Shown: positions 41,384 to 52,530 of the stretch, in pieces
How the letters are laid out: each line of letters begins with the position of its first letter
How positions within the stretch are numbered: position 1 is the stretch's first letter
Assembly (NCBI GenBank): GCA_002009975.1
Contig: MTLP01000028.1
Coordinates: forward strand, 44,534-108,533
DNA length: 64,000 nt
Direction of reading: 5' to 3'
From: Thermococcus sp. JdFR-02
Lineage (GTDB): Archaea > Methanobacteriota_B > Thermococci > Thermococcales > Thermococcaceae
The notes under the pieces: generated by a model
What the model saw: only the letters and a program-made list of their open reading frames with translations
Told to the model about the DNA's origin: nothing
Databases searched by the model: none
Made by a program: the position numbers and the translations under genes

Positions 41384-42026
41384 GAATTATGAATTCTCTC
41401 TCATGATCTTCAATTTTTGGCGACTTTTTAACTTTAATCATTAGCCTGTTGTCACAGAGTCTAATCGCCAAAACTCTTGTTGATGCCTCTTCCCATTCAG
41501 ATAGTATCTCTTTTGGCAAGATATCCACATTTGCAAAATAAACACCAACTCTTGCTTTGTTTCCCAGGAAATTCTTTGCTATTCTTCCTATGTAGAGCTC
41601 AAAGACATTAATATCGTAACCGTGGAGTTTTGATAACTTATCTCCTCCGAGAATTAAAACGACTATTTTTGGAATTTTTGAATACATCTCGTTCACAGCT
41701 TGAATGAACTTATTTATATAAACCACAGGATCAGTGGATATATCAACCTTTTTTATTATCTTCCCAACTTCTATAGAACCACCACCTTTAATTACAGGCA
41801 GTTCTTCTAGTTTCTCTGTATCTGCACCTATTATCTTAAGGTTCTCAATAATAACATGAAAGCTATCTAAGATATCGATTATAAGTAAGGGAAGCTTTTT
41901 GTATCTAACGAATTCCGCAATACCCTCAAAAATAAGATGTATTGGATCTGTTGAGCTGTATTCGACCAAAACACTCTCTCCAAATTCTATGTTATCGATG
42001 TATTCAATTAGCTCCTTCTTGCTCAC
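41349..42026 (-). CDS. DUF257 family protein
   Basis: FGESVLVEYSS, LIIDILDS, EEASTRVL, VKKSP. Confidence 0.82.
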   Translation of the reverse strand: MSKKELIEYIDNIEFGESVLVEYSSTDPIHLIFEGIAEFVRYKKLPLLIIDILDSFHVIIENLKIIGADTEKLEELPVIKGGGSIEVGKIIKKVDISTDPVVYINKFIQAVNEMYSKIPKIVVLILGGDKLSKLHGYDINVFELYIGRIAKNFLGNKARVGVYFANVDILPKEILSEWEEASTRVLAIRLCDNRLMIKVKKSPKIEDHEREFIIPIEDLSLLPKA

Positions 42027-42670
42027 AGTATCACCTCTATCTTTTTTCCAATTTCAAAAATTATAGGGGATTTTTTAATAGTTAGAGCTTTTCCGTATTC
42101 TCTGATTTCTAGGACTCTCGTAGATAATTCTTCCCATTCTTTTATTGTATCTTTTCTTAGAATTTCGCAATTACTAAAAACTATAGATATCTTTCTTTTC
42201 CTTCCAATGTTTTTACGTGAAAGATTTTCAAAATAGCTCTCTAATGCAATTGGGTCGCTTTCATAGATTCTCAAAAGTTTATCAATCCCAATAACAAATA
42301 TGAATGCAAAATCGCTTTTAACCTTTTTAAAGAATGAAGAAACTAATTGCTTGTATTCTTCTATGTACACAGGTATGTCTTCATGAACTCTGAGCTTTCC
42401 CAAAATTCTTCCAACCTCTATACCACCGCTCCCCTTTATTACATCTAAGTTATCAATTAAACTGACATCAAAACCCGCGATCTCTAAATGTTCCCTCAGC
42501 ACATGCAAAGCATCAAATATATCGATAATTAAAATGGGTAACTCTTGCTCACTTATCCATTTTATAGAGGAATAAAACATCAACTCAGGATGATCAAGAG
42601 ATGTATATTCTATTAATACACTTTCACCAGGCTTTAACCTTTCCAAAAACTCAAAGAGGTTAAATGGCAT
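42023..42670 (-). CDS. DUF257 family protein (tandem paralogue)
   Basis: PGESVLIEYTS, LIIDIFDA, EELSTRVL, IKKSP. Confidence 0.82.
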   Translation of the reverse strand: MPFNLFEFLERLKPGESVLIEYTSLDHPELMFYSSIKWISEQELPILIIDIFDALHVLREHLEIAGFDVSLIDNLDVIKGSGGIEVGRILGKLRVHEDIPVYIEEYKQLVSSFFKKVKSDFAFIFVIGIDKLLRIYESDPIALESYFENLSRKNIGRKRKISIVFSNCEILRKDTIKEWEELSTRVLEIREYGKALTIKKSPIIFEIGKKIEVIL

Positions 42671-42806
42671 TTTGCTCACCTGAATATACTTTAAGTTTAT
42701 TATGCTTTTCAAAACTTATATATTTTTTGTAAAGAGTAAAAGATTCTTACAATATATGTAAAATATGACAAAAATTATGAAAAGAATCTTTGAATAGTGT
42801 ATCCAT

Positions 42807-43739
42807 TTACTCTAATTTTTTAAGTTTTGTAACAAAAAAGCCGCTCGTTCTATGAGTGTCGGGATAAAAACGTCTACTCTTTGCGATATCCTCACTGAGC
42901 TCAATTCCAAAGGGGTTTGTTAAAGCAGGCTCTCCATATTTTAAAGGCAAAATCTCAACTTTAAAGTTATCTAAGACCCATTGGATGACGAATTCATTCT
43001 CTTCTGGCTCAAGAGAACAAGTAGAGTAAACCAAAATCCCTCCCTTTTTTAAATTCTCTAAAGCGACTTTGATCATCTTTATCTGCAAATTTTGACAAAA
43101 TTTAACATCATCTAAGCTTCTGTTTGCCTTTCTCTCTGGATTTTTGTGAATAGTCCCACTACCTGTACATGGGGCATCGAGGAGAATTTTATCAAACTCT
43201 ATATTGAGTTCACTGATATAAAGAGAAGATTTATGAAAGATTACTGTATTTGTAACTCCCAAGCGAGATAAATTGAGACGCATTTCTTTTAATCTCTCTT
43301 CTCCCACATCAAAAGCATAAATAATCCCCTCATTTTTCATTAGCTGAGCTAGGTGGGAGGTTTTTCCTCCAGGAGCAGCAGCCATATCGACAACAACTTC
43401 ACTAGGCTTGGGATCTAGGGCAATAGGTGGATACATAGACGATGCTTCTTGTATATATAAAAGACCACCTAGATATTCAGGCGTTGAGCTTATTGAGAAA
43501 GGCTCTCTTGTTAAGCAAAAGCCCTCTTTAGCCCAAGGCACACGAACGAATTGAAAACCTTTCTTGTTTAGCATTTTTACAAGCTTTGGAACATCAATCC
43601 TTAGAGTGTTTACCCTAAAACATCTTGGTAAAGGCTTTTCCATAGCTTCAGCTATCTTTAAAGCTCTCTCACCCCAAAGCTCATAATAACGTTCAGCAAA
43701 TTCCTTTGAATACCCTAAGCTAAACAGTTTTTCAATCAT
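42807..43739 (-). CDS. NOL1/NOP2/Sun RNA m5C methyltransferase (archaeal Trm4-like)
   Basis: DMAAAPGGKT, DAPCTGSG, YSTCS. Confidence 0.92.
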   Translation of the reverse strand: MIEKLFSLGYSKEFAERYYELWGERALKIAEAMEKPLPRCFRVNTLRIDVPKLVKMLNKKGFQFVRVPWAKEGFCLTREPFSISSTPEYLGGLLYIQEASSMYPPIALDPKPSEVVVDMAAAPGGKTSHLAQLMKNEGIIYAFDVGEERLKEMRLNLSRLGVTNTVIFHKSSLYISELNIEFDKILLDAPCTGSGTIHKNPERKANRSLDDVKFCQNLQIKMIKVALENLKKGGILVYSTCSLEPEENEFVIQWVLDNFKVEILPLKYGEPALTNPFGIELSEDIAKSRRFYPDTHRTSGFFVTKLKKLE

Positions 43740-43774
43740 ATATTGGGAGTTTGAGGCGGAGTTTATAGGTTTTT

Positions 43775-44617
43775 CTACTTTTCTGTGGATGATAGAGCTT
43801 CTTCAAGGGTTGGGAATTCCCTCCTAAGTAGGGAATACTCTTCTTTTTTGAATATACTCTTGGTTATAGGGACTAAAACTATTGTATTATTAAGAACACT
43901 GTAATCTTTGAGCAGAGTTAAAAACTTGAAAATACTATCAAATCCATTTTCTAAAATTAAATACTCAAGACCATCGAGAATTATGACCTTTGGCGTGTTG
44001 TCTCGTTTCATAAAATCTACCAAACTTTGCATCAGATACTCTAATCTACGTGGATGAATATGATTCTCTCCCTCCACTTTAGTTAGCCATAAAATTGGAA
44101 CTCTTCTAAGGTTAATCTGTTTCCTAATTATCTCAGGTGGTTTTCTTGTAATTATAACTCCAGCTCTTCCCTTTAAGAGCTCAAAAACTGCAGAATCTGG
44201 AGTTCTAGGACATTCACAAAGATAAACCCCAACAGGAATTTCTCTCTTTGCTTCACCACTGATTTCAATAACACTTGGAATCAAAGTGTATCTTTTTGTA
44301 AGGGTCTGAATAAGAGATACCCATGCATAGATGAATATTAAAGTAAACAAAAATACAACGGTGTTGGCGAGAAAGTTTAAAAGCTTTGCAATATCTTTGC
44401 TTATACCTATTACACCAGCGCGATCTAAATTCAAGGGTAGGAAGAGAAATTTTGTGATGGCATATAATATAAAACCGAGTGTTATATAATCATAGAATCT
44501 GCCAAGATATGGGAACTTTTCATGGAATATTCTTCTAGCTCTTAGTGTAAATGCTGCAAGAATAACACGCATAATAGCGTTAACAACAGATATTATTGCG
44601 CCTGGCCAATCTGTCAT
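43775..44617 (-). CDS. DUF835-domain membrane protein
   Basis: Three N-terminal TMs; ILWLTK, IILDGLEYLILENGF. Confidence 0.88.
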   Translation of the reverse strand: MTDWPGAIISVVNAIMRVILAAFTLRARRIFHEKFPYLGRFYDYITLGFILYAITKFLFLPLNLDRAGVIGISKDIAKLLNFLANTVVFLFTLIFIYAWVSLIQTLTKRYTLIPSVIEISGEAKREIPVGVYLCECPRTPDSAVFELLKGRAGVIITRKPPEIIRKQINLRRVPILWLTKVEGENHIHPRRLEYLMQSLVDFMKRDNTPKVIILDGLEYLILENGFDSIFKFLTLLKDYSVLNNTIVLVPITKSIFKKEEYSLLRREFPTLEEALSSTEK

Positions 44618-44690
44618 AGCCCATCAATTAGTTTATAACTTGCTTATATTTTAATTTTTTGGCAATAAATTAAAAGAAAAATACGCAAAA

Positions 44691-45635
44691 TCAGAGCTTA
44701 ATTCCACCCATGATTAAAGCTAAGGCGGCTTTTTGTGCGTGTAGTCTGTTTTCTGCTTGATCCCAAACAACGCTATTTGGTGAGTCTATAACTTCATCAA
44801 CTACCTCTTCTCCTCTGTGTGCTGGGAGGCAGTGCATGAATATGTAATCTTTCTTTGCATGCTTTACAAGCTCTGGATTAACCTGGAATGGCTTGAAGAT
44901 TTTCTTTCTCATTTCTGCTTCAGCCTCTTGTCCCATTGAAGCCCAAACATCCGTATAAATTACATCAGCGTCTTTAACGGCTTTTACTGGGTCATGTAAT
45001 AGCTCAAAGCTTCCTCCACTTTCATTGGCATTTTTCTCCGCCCACTTAATGACTTTTTCATCTGGTTCATAACCCTCTGGAGTTGCGACAACTACCTGCA
45101 TTCCCAATTTAGTCCCTGCAATCATCAATGAGTGGGCAACGTTGTTTCCATCACCAACATAAACAAGCTTAATTCCCTCAAGCCTGCCCTTCTTTTCTTT
45201 GATTGTCATTACATCAGCTAAAGCTTGGCATGGATGCGAAAAATCGCTTAGTCCATTAATTACGGGAACACTTGCGTATTTGGCTAAGTCTTCAACATCT
45301 TTGTGGGCATAAACCCTAGCCATAATTCCATCAACGTATCTGCTCAAAACCCTTGCAGTGTCAGCTATTGTTTCTCCTCTCCTTAATTGCAAGTCTTGAG
45401 CACTTAAATACAATGCATAACCGCCCAATTGGTACATTCCAACTTCGAAGCTAATCCTTGTTCTCGTTGAGGGCTTTTGGAAAATCATAGCTAAGGTTTT
45501 ACCTTCCAAAACTCTATGGGGTTTTCCTATTTTGTTCCAGATTTTCATCATTTCAGCTGTTCTAAGAATTGTCTCTATTTCCTCTCTTGTAAAGTCTTGT
45601 AAGCAGAGAATATCTCTTCCAGCTAAGCTTACTAC
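44691..45635 (-). CDS. argF: Ornithine carbamoyltransferase
   Basis: [29 protein letters not shown]. Confidence 0.97.
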   Translation of the reverse strand, partial: VVSLAGRDILCLQDFTREEIETILRTAEMMKIWNKIGKPHRVLEGKTLAMIFQKPSTRTRISFEVGMYQLGGYALYLSAQDLQLRRGETIADTARVLSRYVDGIMARVYAHKDVEDLAKYASVPVINGLSDFSHPCQALADVMTIKEKKGRLEGIKLVYVGDGNNVAHSLMIAGTKLGMQVVVATPEGYEPDEKVIKWAEKNANESGGSFELLHDPVKAVKDADVIYTDVWASMGQEAEAEMRKKIFKPFQVNPELVKHAKKDYIFMHCLPAHRGEEVVDEVIDSPNSVVWDQAENRLHAQKAALALIMGGIKL

Positions 45636-45831
45636 CATTGATACCACCATTAAAGAGTTGATTGAGCTTTTTAATAACTATTTCGTCGCTAAAAAATATC
45701 ATTTAACGAAATTTTTCAAAAATTCATGGATAATTAGTTGATAAATGTAAAAGTTCGGTTCTCTTTTGCTTGCTTAACTTTTTTGATAAAGCTAATAAGC
45801 TTTTGAGGTAGTTAACCTTTTGGGGATTTTC

Positions 45832-46569
45832 ATGGATAGAATAAAAGTTAAGCTCATAAACTATACTCCAAGACCCTTGGAAACGATAACATGGGCTGCT
45901 TTGATAAGCTACTGGGATAAATGGGAGAGCGAAGCCTTTGAAAGGACAACAAAAGCAGATGTTGAGAAGCATTTACCGAAAATTCTAAGCTTTGGACACG
46001 AAAGCATTTTGGAGCATGCAACGTTTACTTTTGCGATTGAAGGCATTTCTAGGGTGTGTTCTCATCAATTAATTCGCCATAGATTGGCGAGCTACACACA
46101 GCAGAGTCAACGCTATATAAAGCTCAATCTTGAGGATGTCGAGGAGACCTTTGTTGTCCCAAAATCAATTAAGGAGAACCCTGAACTATTTAAAGAGTGG
46201 AAGAAGCTAATGCAAGAGTCTATAGAGCTTTACAGAAAGAGCATCGAGCAAGGGAAGCACCAAGAAGATGCTCGTTACATTCTCCCCCAAGCAGTTAGGA
46301 CAAAAATCGTCGTTACAATGAACCTTAGGGAACTCAAGCATTTCTTTAAGCTTAGAACTTGTGAAAGGGCACAATGGGAAATTAGAGAAATTGCCTGGAA
46401 GATGCTTGAGGAAATAGTGAATGTTGAAGAGCTTAAGCCAATAGTAAAGTGGGCTAAACTTGGACCTTCCTGTATTCAATTGGGGTATTGCCCTGAAGGT
46501 AAATTAATGCCAGAAGGATGCTTTAAGAGAACTAGAGAGAAGTGGAGAAAGGTTGCAGGAGGAGATTAA
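45832..46569 (+). CDS. thyX: Flavin-dependent thymidylate synthase
   Basis: HESILEH, QLIRHRLASYTQQSQRY. Confidence 0.95.
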   Translation: MDRIKVKLINYTPRPLETITWAALISYWDKWESEAFERTTKADVEKHLPKILSFGHESILEHATFTFAIEGISRVCSHQLIRHRLASYTQQSQRYIKLNLEDVEETFVVPKSIKENPELFKEWKKLMQESIELYRKSIEQGKHQEDARYILPQAVRTKIVVTMNLRELKHFFKLRTCERAQWEIREIAWKMLEEIVNVEELKPIVKWAKLGPSCIQLGYCPEGKLMPEGCFKRTREKWRKVAGGD

Positions 46570-47066
46570 TATCTTTCTTCTTTTAAAACCTCTTCTAAGG
46601 CTTTCTTTAGCTCGTCATAACTATCTTCGATTGCTTGTGGGATCACTTTTGTATCGGCTAACACTGGCATGAAGTTTGTATCACCGTTCCATCTTGGCAC
46701 TATGTGCATGTGGATGTGATCCTCTATTCCAGCTCCAGCCACTCTTCCAATGTTGAAACCCATATTAAATCCTTCTGGCTTCATTGCCTTTTTTATAGTT
46801 TTTATCATCAATTGAGCAAGTTTCATGATCTCTAAAAGCTCTTCATCACTCAAATCTTCGAGGTTTCCAACGTGTCTATAAGGGGCGATCATAACATGAC
46901 CGGGGTTGTAGGGATAGTTGTTCATTATTATAAAGGCTTTCTCTCCTCTGTATAGGATAAGCCTTTCCTTATCTCTATTCTCCTTTGGAAAATCACAAAA
47001 TATACAGCCGTCATGCTTTGGAGAGCGGATGTATTCAATGCGCCAAGGTGCAAATATTAGCTTCAT
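46566..47066 (-). CDS. HIT-family hydrolase (Ap4A phosphorylase-like)
   Basis: [21 protein letters not shown]. Confidence 0.93.
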   Translation of the reverse strand: MKLIFAPWRIEYIRSPKHDGCIFCDFPKENRDKERLILYRGEKAFIIMNNYPYNPGHVMIAPYRHVGNLEDLSDEELLEIMKLAQLMIKTIKKAMKPEGFNMGFNIGRVAGAGIEDHIHMHIVPRWNGDTNFMPVLADTKVIPQAIEDSYDELKKALEEVLKEERY

Positions 47067-47962
47067 ATCCTCACCCCTATGTCTATTCCTTGTTCTTTCA
47101 GCTTCTCAGTTAGCCTTTTCATTAAGTCCTCCATTATTAAACTTACCGTTTTTTCAACTTCAATATTCTCTAAGATGGGTATATTGCACTCCTTAGCTTT
47201 TTCTATTAAAAATTCCTGAATCTCTAAAATCTCATCTAGGTGCTTTATATAGTATTCCGCTGGTCTTAAACTTTGCAATGACCTTGCATAAAATCTAGAG
47301 ATTAAATCCTCTTTGTTCTTCACTATTATTATGTACATAAAGCTTAAGTCTGTCATTTCAACGTATCCTGGAACGAGGTGAATACCTTCAACTATAGCGT
47401 TAAATCCTTCCTTCTGTGAACGTTCTATTATTGCGTTTATACCAACAGATACGTGGCTAACTTGTCTCTCAAAACCATAGATTGTTGGTGAGATACCTTT
47501 TAAAGGAGCTCTGAGAACCTTCCAAACCATGAAGGAGGATGTGTGAATTGAGGGAAGAAGGTCTTCTGTTACAAGCCTTCTCATTACCTCTCTAATAGTA
47601 TCCGTACCAATAACAGTTCTAATTCCTAATCTAAAGGCTAATTCTGTTGCTATTGTGCTTTTCCCAACTCCAGTTGCCCCACCAAGAAGAAGTATTATTG
47701 GCATTTTCAATTTCCTAAAGTTGCTCCAAAATAAATAGCGTTGAGCTTCTTTTTCTAATCCATGCTCTAAAAGTTTTTGATAAGCAGCTTCTCTAATTTC
47801 ATCCTTTGTCACGATTTTTTTCTTCTTTTTTGCAAATTCTTTAAGAACCTCAGTAGCTATAGAATAGGCTATACCAACATCAACACCAGCTGAGGTAATA
47901 GAACGAGTCAAAATTCCTCTTGAAAAGGGCAATCTAATTTTCTCATCTTTAACAATGATCAT
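47063..47962 (-). CDS. pgk2: 2-phosphoglycerate kinase (ATP-cone plus P-loop)
   Basis: PFSRGIL ATP-cone, [25 protein letters not shown]. Confidence 0.9.
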   Translation of the reverse strand: MIIVKDEKIRLPFSRGILTRSITSAGVDVGIAYSIATEVLKEFAKKKKKIVTKDEIREAAYQKLLEHGLEKEAQRYLFWSNFRKLKMPIILLLGGATGVGKSTIATELAFRLGIRTVIGTDTIREVMRRLVTEDLLPSIHTSSFMVWKVLRAPLKGISPTIYGFERQVSHVSVGINAIIERSQKEGFNAIVEGIHLVPGYVEMTDLSFMYIIIVKNKEDLISRFYARSLQSLRPAEYYIKHLDEILEIQEFLIEKAKECNIPILENIEVEKTVSLIMEDLMKRLTEKLKEQGIDIGVRI

Positions 47963-48028
47963 GAAACCACCAAAAAGAACTATAAGTGAAGAGTATTAAA
48001 ATTTATTGGTAAAAAGAGAGTAGAAAGC

Positions 48029-48571
48029 TCACAAGGATGAGAGAACCTTGGTTGTCACGTCATTACCTTCTTTGTCATAAATTCTGTAGTAGCTCTTGCA
48101 TGGGAATTTCATGCTTGCTCTTCTCATTGCCTCAAGAGCAAACTTGATGTGTTGTGGATTTACCCACACTGTTAAAATCTTTTGATCTCTCTTTAATCTT
48201 GCGGCTAATCCTATTGGTTTGCCAAATGGTCTTCTCATACCGTTACCGTAACGGTCAGCCTTTCTTCCTGTAGCCATTGGGTTTTCTCTTAAAACTTGGA
48301 ATGGATAGACTCTAATCTTGAAGTGATAGTTACTTCTACCAACGTTCTTTTGGAGATACCTGTTGACTTGAATTCTCACCGCTTCTAAAGCGTTTTGTCT
48401 AATTTGAACTGGTTCAGCAGTATGCAAACTTATCTCATACTCAAACTCAGCACTTAGGTTCCCCATGTCAAACATCGTAATTCTTGGGCCTGGGGCACCT
48501 CTAATATATTCTCTTCTTGTGTAAGCAGGCTTATCAACGTACTTGTCAATTTTTGCTGGTCTTAATCCCAT
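48029..48571 (-). CDS. rpl10e: 50S ribosomal protein L10e (uL16)
   Basis: [32 protein letters not shown]. Confidence 0.97.
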   Translation of the reverse strand: MGLRPAKIDKYVDKPAYTRREYIRGAPGPRITMFDMGNLSAEFEYEISLHTAEPVQIRQNALEAVRIQVNRYLQKNVGRSNYHFKIRVYPFQVLRENPMATGRKADRYGNGMRRPFGKPIGLAARLKRDQKILTVWVNPQHIKFALEAMRRASMKFPCKSYYRIYDKEGNDVTTKVLSSL

Positions 48572-48775
48572 CTAACTCACCTCCAGATGAGCATGATACC
48601 TATGTTTAAAAACTTTACAGGGCTTATAAAAGTTTTGGGTTTTAAAGGCATTTAATTTCCAGACTTTCTAACGCTTGAGTGCTGAATTTATAAACTTTTC
48701 TTTACTTCTTAAAGCGTTGGCAACAGTATTCTTTTTATACGATATTGAGAGTATCTTTCTAACGAGGTGACATTT

Positions 48776-49927
48776 ATGCAGTATGAGGATGCAGTCAAGG
48801 AAGTTTACGAAATTGTTAAGCCCAAGTACAAGCTCTTCACAGCTGGACCTGTTGCATGTTTTCCAGAAGTTTTGGAGATAATGAAAGTTCAGATGTTCAG
48901 TCATAGGGCAAAGGAGTATAAGATAATCCATAGAGACACATTGGATAGGCTAAGAAAGTTCCTTGAAGTTGAGGATGGGGAGATAATAATATTCCCAAGC
49001 TCTGGGACTGGATTTATGGAAGCTGCTATTAGGAATGCAGTATCTCTAAATGGTAAAGTTTTGGTTACAATAATTGGTGCTTTTGGAAAAAGATTTGCTG
49101 ATGTAGTTGAGTCCAATGGAAGAGAGGCAATAAAGTTGGAATTTGAACCTGGAAACCCAGTTGATCCAAATGCTTTAGATGAGGCTTTACAAAAAAATAA
49201 AGATGTTGAAGCAGTAACTATTACCTATAACGAAACATCAACAGGTGTTTTAAATCCCCTCCCAGAATTGGCTAAGGTAGTTAAAGAACACGATAAATTG
49301 CTTTTTGTTGATGCTGTCAGTGCGATGGGTGGTGCGGATATTAAGTTTAGTAAGTGGGGAATTGACGTTGTCTTTGGAAGCTCTCAAAAAGCCTTTGGCG
49401 TTCCTCCTGGATTAGCAGTTGCAGCTATAAGTGAAAGGGTTTTTGAAATTGCAGAGAAAATGCCAAACAGAGGCTGGTACTTTGATTTGCCTTTATATAG
49501 GAAGTTTAACAAAGAAAAGGATGGAACTCCTTCAACACCACCAATGCCACAATTATTTGGCTTAAACGTTGTTCTGAGAATCATAGAGAGGATGGGCGGA
49601 AAGGAAGAGTGGCTTAAGATGTATCAAAAGAGGGCTGAGATGATCAGGGAAGGTGTAAAAGAAATAGGTCTGAATCTTTTAGCTAAGCCCGGCTATGAAA
49701 GCCCAACAATCACAGCGGTGCTAACTCCAGAGGGAATAAAAGGTGAGGAAATCTACAACGCAATGAGAGAAAGGGGATTTGAATTAGCAAAGGGTTATGG
49801 TAAAGGAATTAAGGAGAAGACATTTAGGATTGGGCACATGGGCTACATGACCTTTGAAGTTATTCAGGAGATGCTCGACAATCTAAAGGAAGTTATAGAT
49901 GAGTTAAAGAGAAAGAAGGGACTTTAG
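48776..49927 (+). CDS. Class V PLP aminotransferase (serine-pyruvate / alanine-glyoxylate type)
   Basis: NETSTGV, VDAVS, GSSQKAF, FRIGHMG. Confidence 0.92.
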   Translation: MQYEDAVKEVYEIVKPKYKLFTAGPVACFPEVLEIMKVQMFSHRAKEYKIIHRDTLDRLRKFLEVEDGEIIIFPSSGTGFMEAAIRNAVSLNGKVLVTIIGAFGKRFADVVESNGREAIKLEFEPGNPVDPNALDEALQKNKDVEAVTITYNETSTGVLNPLPELAKVVKEHDKLLFVDAVSAMGGADIKFSKWGIDVVFGSSQKAFGVPPGLAVAAISERVFEIAEKMPNRGWYFDLPLYRKFNKEKDGTPSTPPMPQLFGLNVVLRIIERMGGKEEWLKMYQKRAEMIREGVKEIGLNLLAKPGYESPTITAVLTPEGIKGEEIYNAMRERGFELAKGYGKGIKEKTFRIGHMGYMTFEVIQEMLDNLKEVIDELKRKKGL

Positions 49928-50517
49928 GTAATTTTTTCCAATTTTATTTTTCCACTATCTTCAATAACTTTGTAAATTGCATTGACTTTTCTCGCATGGG
50001 TTCTGAAATCAAATGCTAGCTCAACAACTATTTCAAATTCTTTCAAAGTTTCGTCATCAATCCTTAGCCAGTGCTTTATTTCATCAACTAAATCTTTGGA
50101 GAGAACTAATGATGAGATTATGAACGGATAGTCTTCAATAAGCTCTTTTAATATCAGAGGGATGTCAACTGTATGGATGGTATCTATTATAACATAGTCG
50201 GGGTTTAGCTTTTTTATTTCCTCTATGACTTCCTTACTCCTCTCAACCAAGCTTTTTCCATCAAATTCTGTGCTTATTACTTTAATATTTTCCTTAAATG
50301 GCTTAAATTCATTGTAAGCTGTTACAACACTAATCTTCCAATTGTCTGGTATCAAGTGTATAGCTGCCTCTATTAGTTTGGTTTTTCCTGCCCTGTTTCT
50401 TCCAACTACAAGGATATCGCTTTTCTTTAAAAGAGCAGTCTTTATAATTTCAAGCTGCTCGAGGTTAATTGTCCCATATCTAAGTAAATCCTCTGGAGTA
50501 AAAATATACACGCCCAT
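49924..50517 (-). CDS. Small P-loop ATPase resembling the VirB11/TadA C-terminal domain
   Basis: TPEDLLRYGTI, Walker A GRNRAGKT, LNPDYVIID. Confidence 0.7.
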   Translation of the reverse strand: MGVYIFTPEDLLRYGTINLEQLEIIKTALLKKSDILVVGRNRAGKTKLIEAAIHLIPDNWKISVVTAYNEFKPFKENIKVISTEFDGKSLVERSKEVIEEIKKLNPDYVIIDTIHTVDIPLILKELIEDYPFIISSLVLSKDLVDEIKHWLRIDDETLKEFEIVVELAFDFRTHARKVNAIYKVIEDSGKIKLEKIT

Positions 50518-50717
50518 TGTATATCCCCATAAGGATATTCCGCCGCTTTTGTTATAATATTATCGTAATCAGCCTTTAAAAGATGTCAATTATTCTACAA
50601 TTATTCGACATATATTCAAAAATCATAAATACTCACTGTAGATTTTGGTCTTAATTCCGAATTTTTCTGCATAAGTGACATAAACCCCAAGTGCATGTCA
50701 AAGATTAGGTGATAAAT

Positions 50718-51629
50718 ATGAACGCAGTTCAACTTGTTAGTAGGGATATTGCTCCAGCAATTAGTGTACAAACGAAGGTAGTTGACTATATGACAGACTT
50801 TTTCGTGAAGAAGGGCTTCAAATGGCTTTTGCCAGTGATGTTAAGCTCAATAACTGATCCGCTTTGGCCAGATCCAGCAGCAGCAAAGATGAAAGCACCA
50901 GAAATTGAAGCCTATGGAAGTAAGCTTAAGCTAATGCATAGCATGATTTTGCATAAGCAATTAGCCATTGCAATGGGCTTGGAAAAGATATTTGTCCTCT
51001 CACCAAACATAAGACTTGAGGAGAGAGACAGAGATGATGGGAGACATGCATATGAGTTCACACAATTAGATTTTGAGATTGCTTATGCAACGATGGATGA
51101 TGTGATGGGCTTAATTGAAGAATTAATCGTTGGACTTTTCGATTATGCAAGAGGGCTAGAAGAACTTAGTGAGCTTGGCAGGGAGATACCTAAGGTTAAG
51201 GCTCCGTTTAAAAGGTTTACTCTTGGAGAAATTGAGGAAGAGTTTGGTGACGAGGAAAAGGCAAGCAAAGAGATAGGTGAACCATTTTGGATTACAGATA
51301 TTTCAAGAGAGTTCTATGATAGGGAAGACCCAGAAAAGCCAGGGCACTTTAGAAACTACGACTTGATTTTGCCTGAAGGTTATGGAGAAGTTTCAAGCGG
51401 TGGAGAAAGAGAATGGCAATATGATGTTATCCTTAGAAAGCTCAAGAGCGCTGGTTTAAGCTTGGAAGCCTTTAAGCCCTACTTGGAAATTGCAAAGGCT
51501 GGAAAACTTAAGCCCTCAGCCGGTGCAGGGATTGGTGTTGAGAGATTAGTTAGATATCTCGTTGGAGCCAAGCACATAGCTGAAGTTCAGCCCTTCCCAA
51601 GAATTCCTGGAATTCCCGCAATTATTTAA
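50718..51629 (+). CDS. asnA: Archaeal asparagine synthetase A (AsnRS-like, no anticodon domain)
   Basis: ITDPLWPDP, SMILHKQ, GRHAYEFTQLDFE, EVSSGGERE, GAGIGVER. Confidence 0.92.
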   Translation: MNAVQLVSRDIAPAISVQTKVVDYMTDFFVKKGFKWLLPVMLSSITDPLWPDPAAAKMKAPEIEAYGSKLKLMHSMILHKQLAIAMGLEKIFVLSPNIRLEERDRDDGRHAYEFTQLDFEIAYATMDDVMGLIEELIVGLFDYARGLEELSELGREIPKVKAPFKRFTLGEIEEEFGDEEKASKEIGEPFWITDISREFYDREDPEKPGHFRNYDLILPEGYGEVSSGGEREWQYDVILRKLKSAGLSLEAFKPYLEIAKAGKLKPSAGAGIGVERLVRYLVGAKHIAEVQPFPRIPGIPAII

Positions 51630-51670
51630 AGCTTTTAAACCTCTTTTTCTAATCTTTTTTTGGTGGGAAA

Positions 51671-52516
51671 ATGATAATCTTAGATAACCATATGCATGTT
51701 GATCCTTATCACGGATACTTTTTGGAGGCTGTTAAAGACTTTTATAGGGCTGGAGGAACGCATTTAATTGTGGTATACAAAACTGCCCACGACTATGGCT
51801 TTGAAGGAGCAAAAGCTGAAGATTTCATGGGAGCAATGGACTTTCACATAACCTTAGTTAATAAGATAAATAAAGAAACAAAAGTTAGAGCCTTTGCAGT
51901 TGTTGGTGTTCATCCAGCAGAGTTTGTATATTTAGCTGAAAAGAAAGGCTTAGAATACGCCAAAAATGAAGTTATGAAAGCTTTAGAATACTCCCAAAAG
52001 CTCTGTCTTGAGGGGAAAGCGATAGCTATTGGTGAGATTGGAAGACCTCACTTTGAAGTTAGCAAGGAAATTTGGGAAGCTAGCATTGAAATAATGAAAT
52101 ATGGCATGGAATTAGCTAAGGAAATTGACTGTGCTGTTCAATTGCACACGGAGAGTTTCAATGAGGAAAAGTTTAGAGAACTTGGCAGGATTGTTAAAGA
52201 TGTTGGAATAAAGCCTTATAAAGTTGTTAAGCACTATTCACCACCTCTAGTTAAAATTGCCGAGCAGGTGGGAGTTTTCCCTTCGATTTTAGCTAGCAAA
52301 AGGACTATTATGGAAGCGATAATGCAGGGAAATAGATTTTTAATGGAAACGGATTACATCGACGATAAAAAAAGACCGGGAGCAGTTTTAGGACCAAAAA
52401 CAGTGCCAAAGAGAACTAAAGCATTTTTACAACAGGGAATTTTTAGTGAGGAAGATGTTTACAAGATTCATGTTGAGAATCCGAAAAAGGTTTATGGAAT
52501 TGAGCTTGAAGAATAA
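51671..52516 (+). CDS. TatD-family metallohydrolase
   Basis: DNHMH, GVHP, GEIGRPH, QLHTE, METDY. Confidence 0.88.
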   Translation: MIILDNHMHVDPYHGYFLEAVKDFYRAGGTHLIVVYKTAHDYGFEGAKAEDFMGAMDFHITLVNKINKETKVRAFAVVGVHPAEFVYLAEKKGLEYAKNEVMKALEYSQKLCLEGKAIAIGEIGRPHFEVSKEIWEASIEIMKYGMELAKEIDCAVQLHTESFNEEKFRELGRIVKDVGIKPYKVVKHYSPPLVKIAEQVGVFPSILASKRTIMEAIMQGNRFLMETDYIDDKKRPGAVLGPKTVPKRTKAFLQQGIFSEEDVYKIHVENPKKVYGIELEE

Positions 52517-52530
52517 AAGAAAACAAAGGG

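Noticed and set aside
42713-42806. TTGTAA/TTACAA inverted repeats upstream of the DUF257 genes
   Set aside because: The region is extremely AT-rich, so such short repeats are expected by chance
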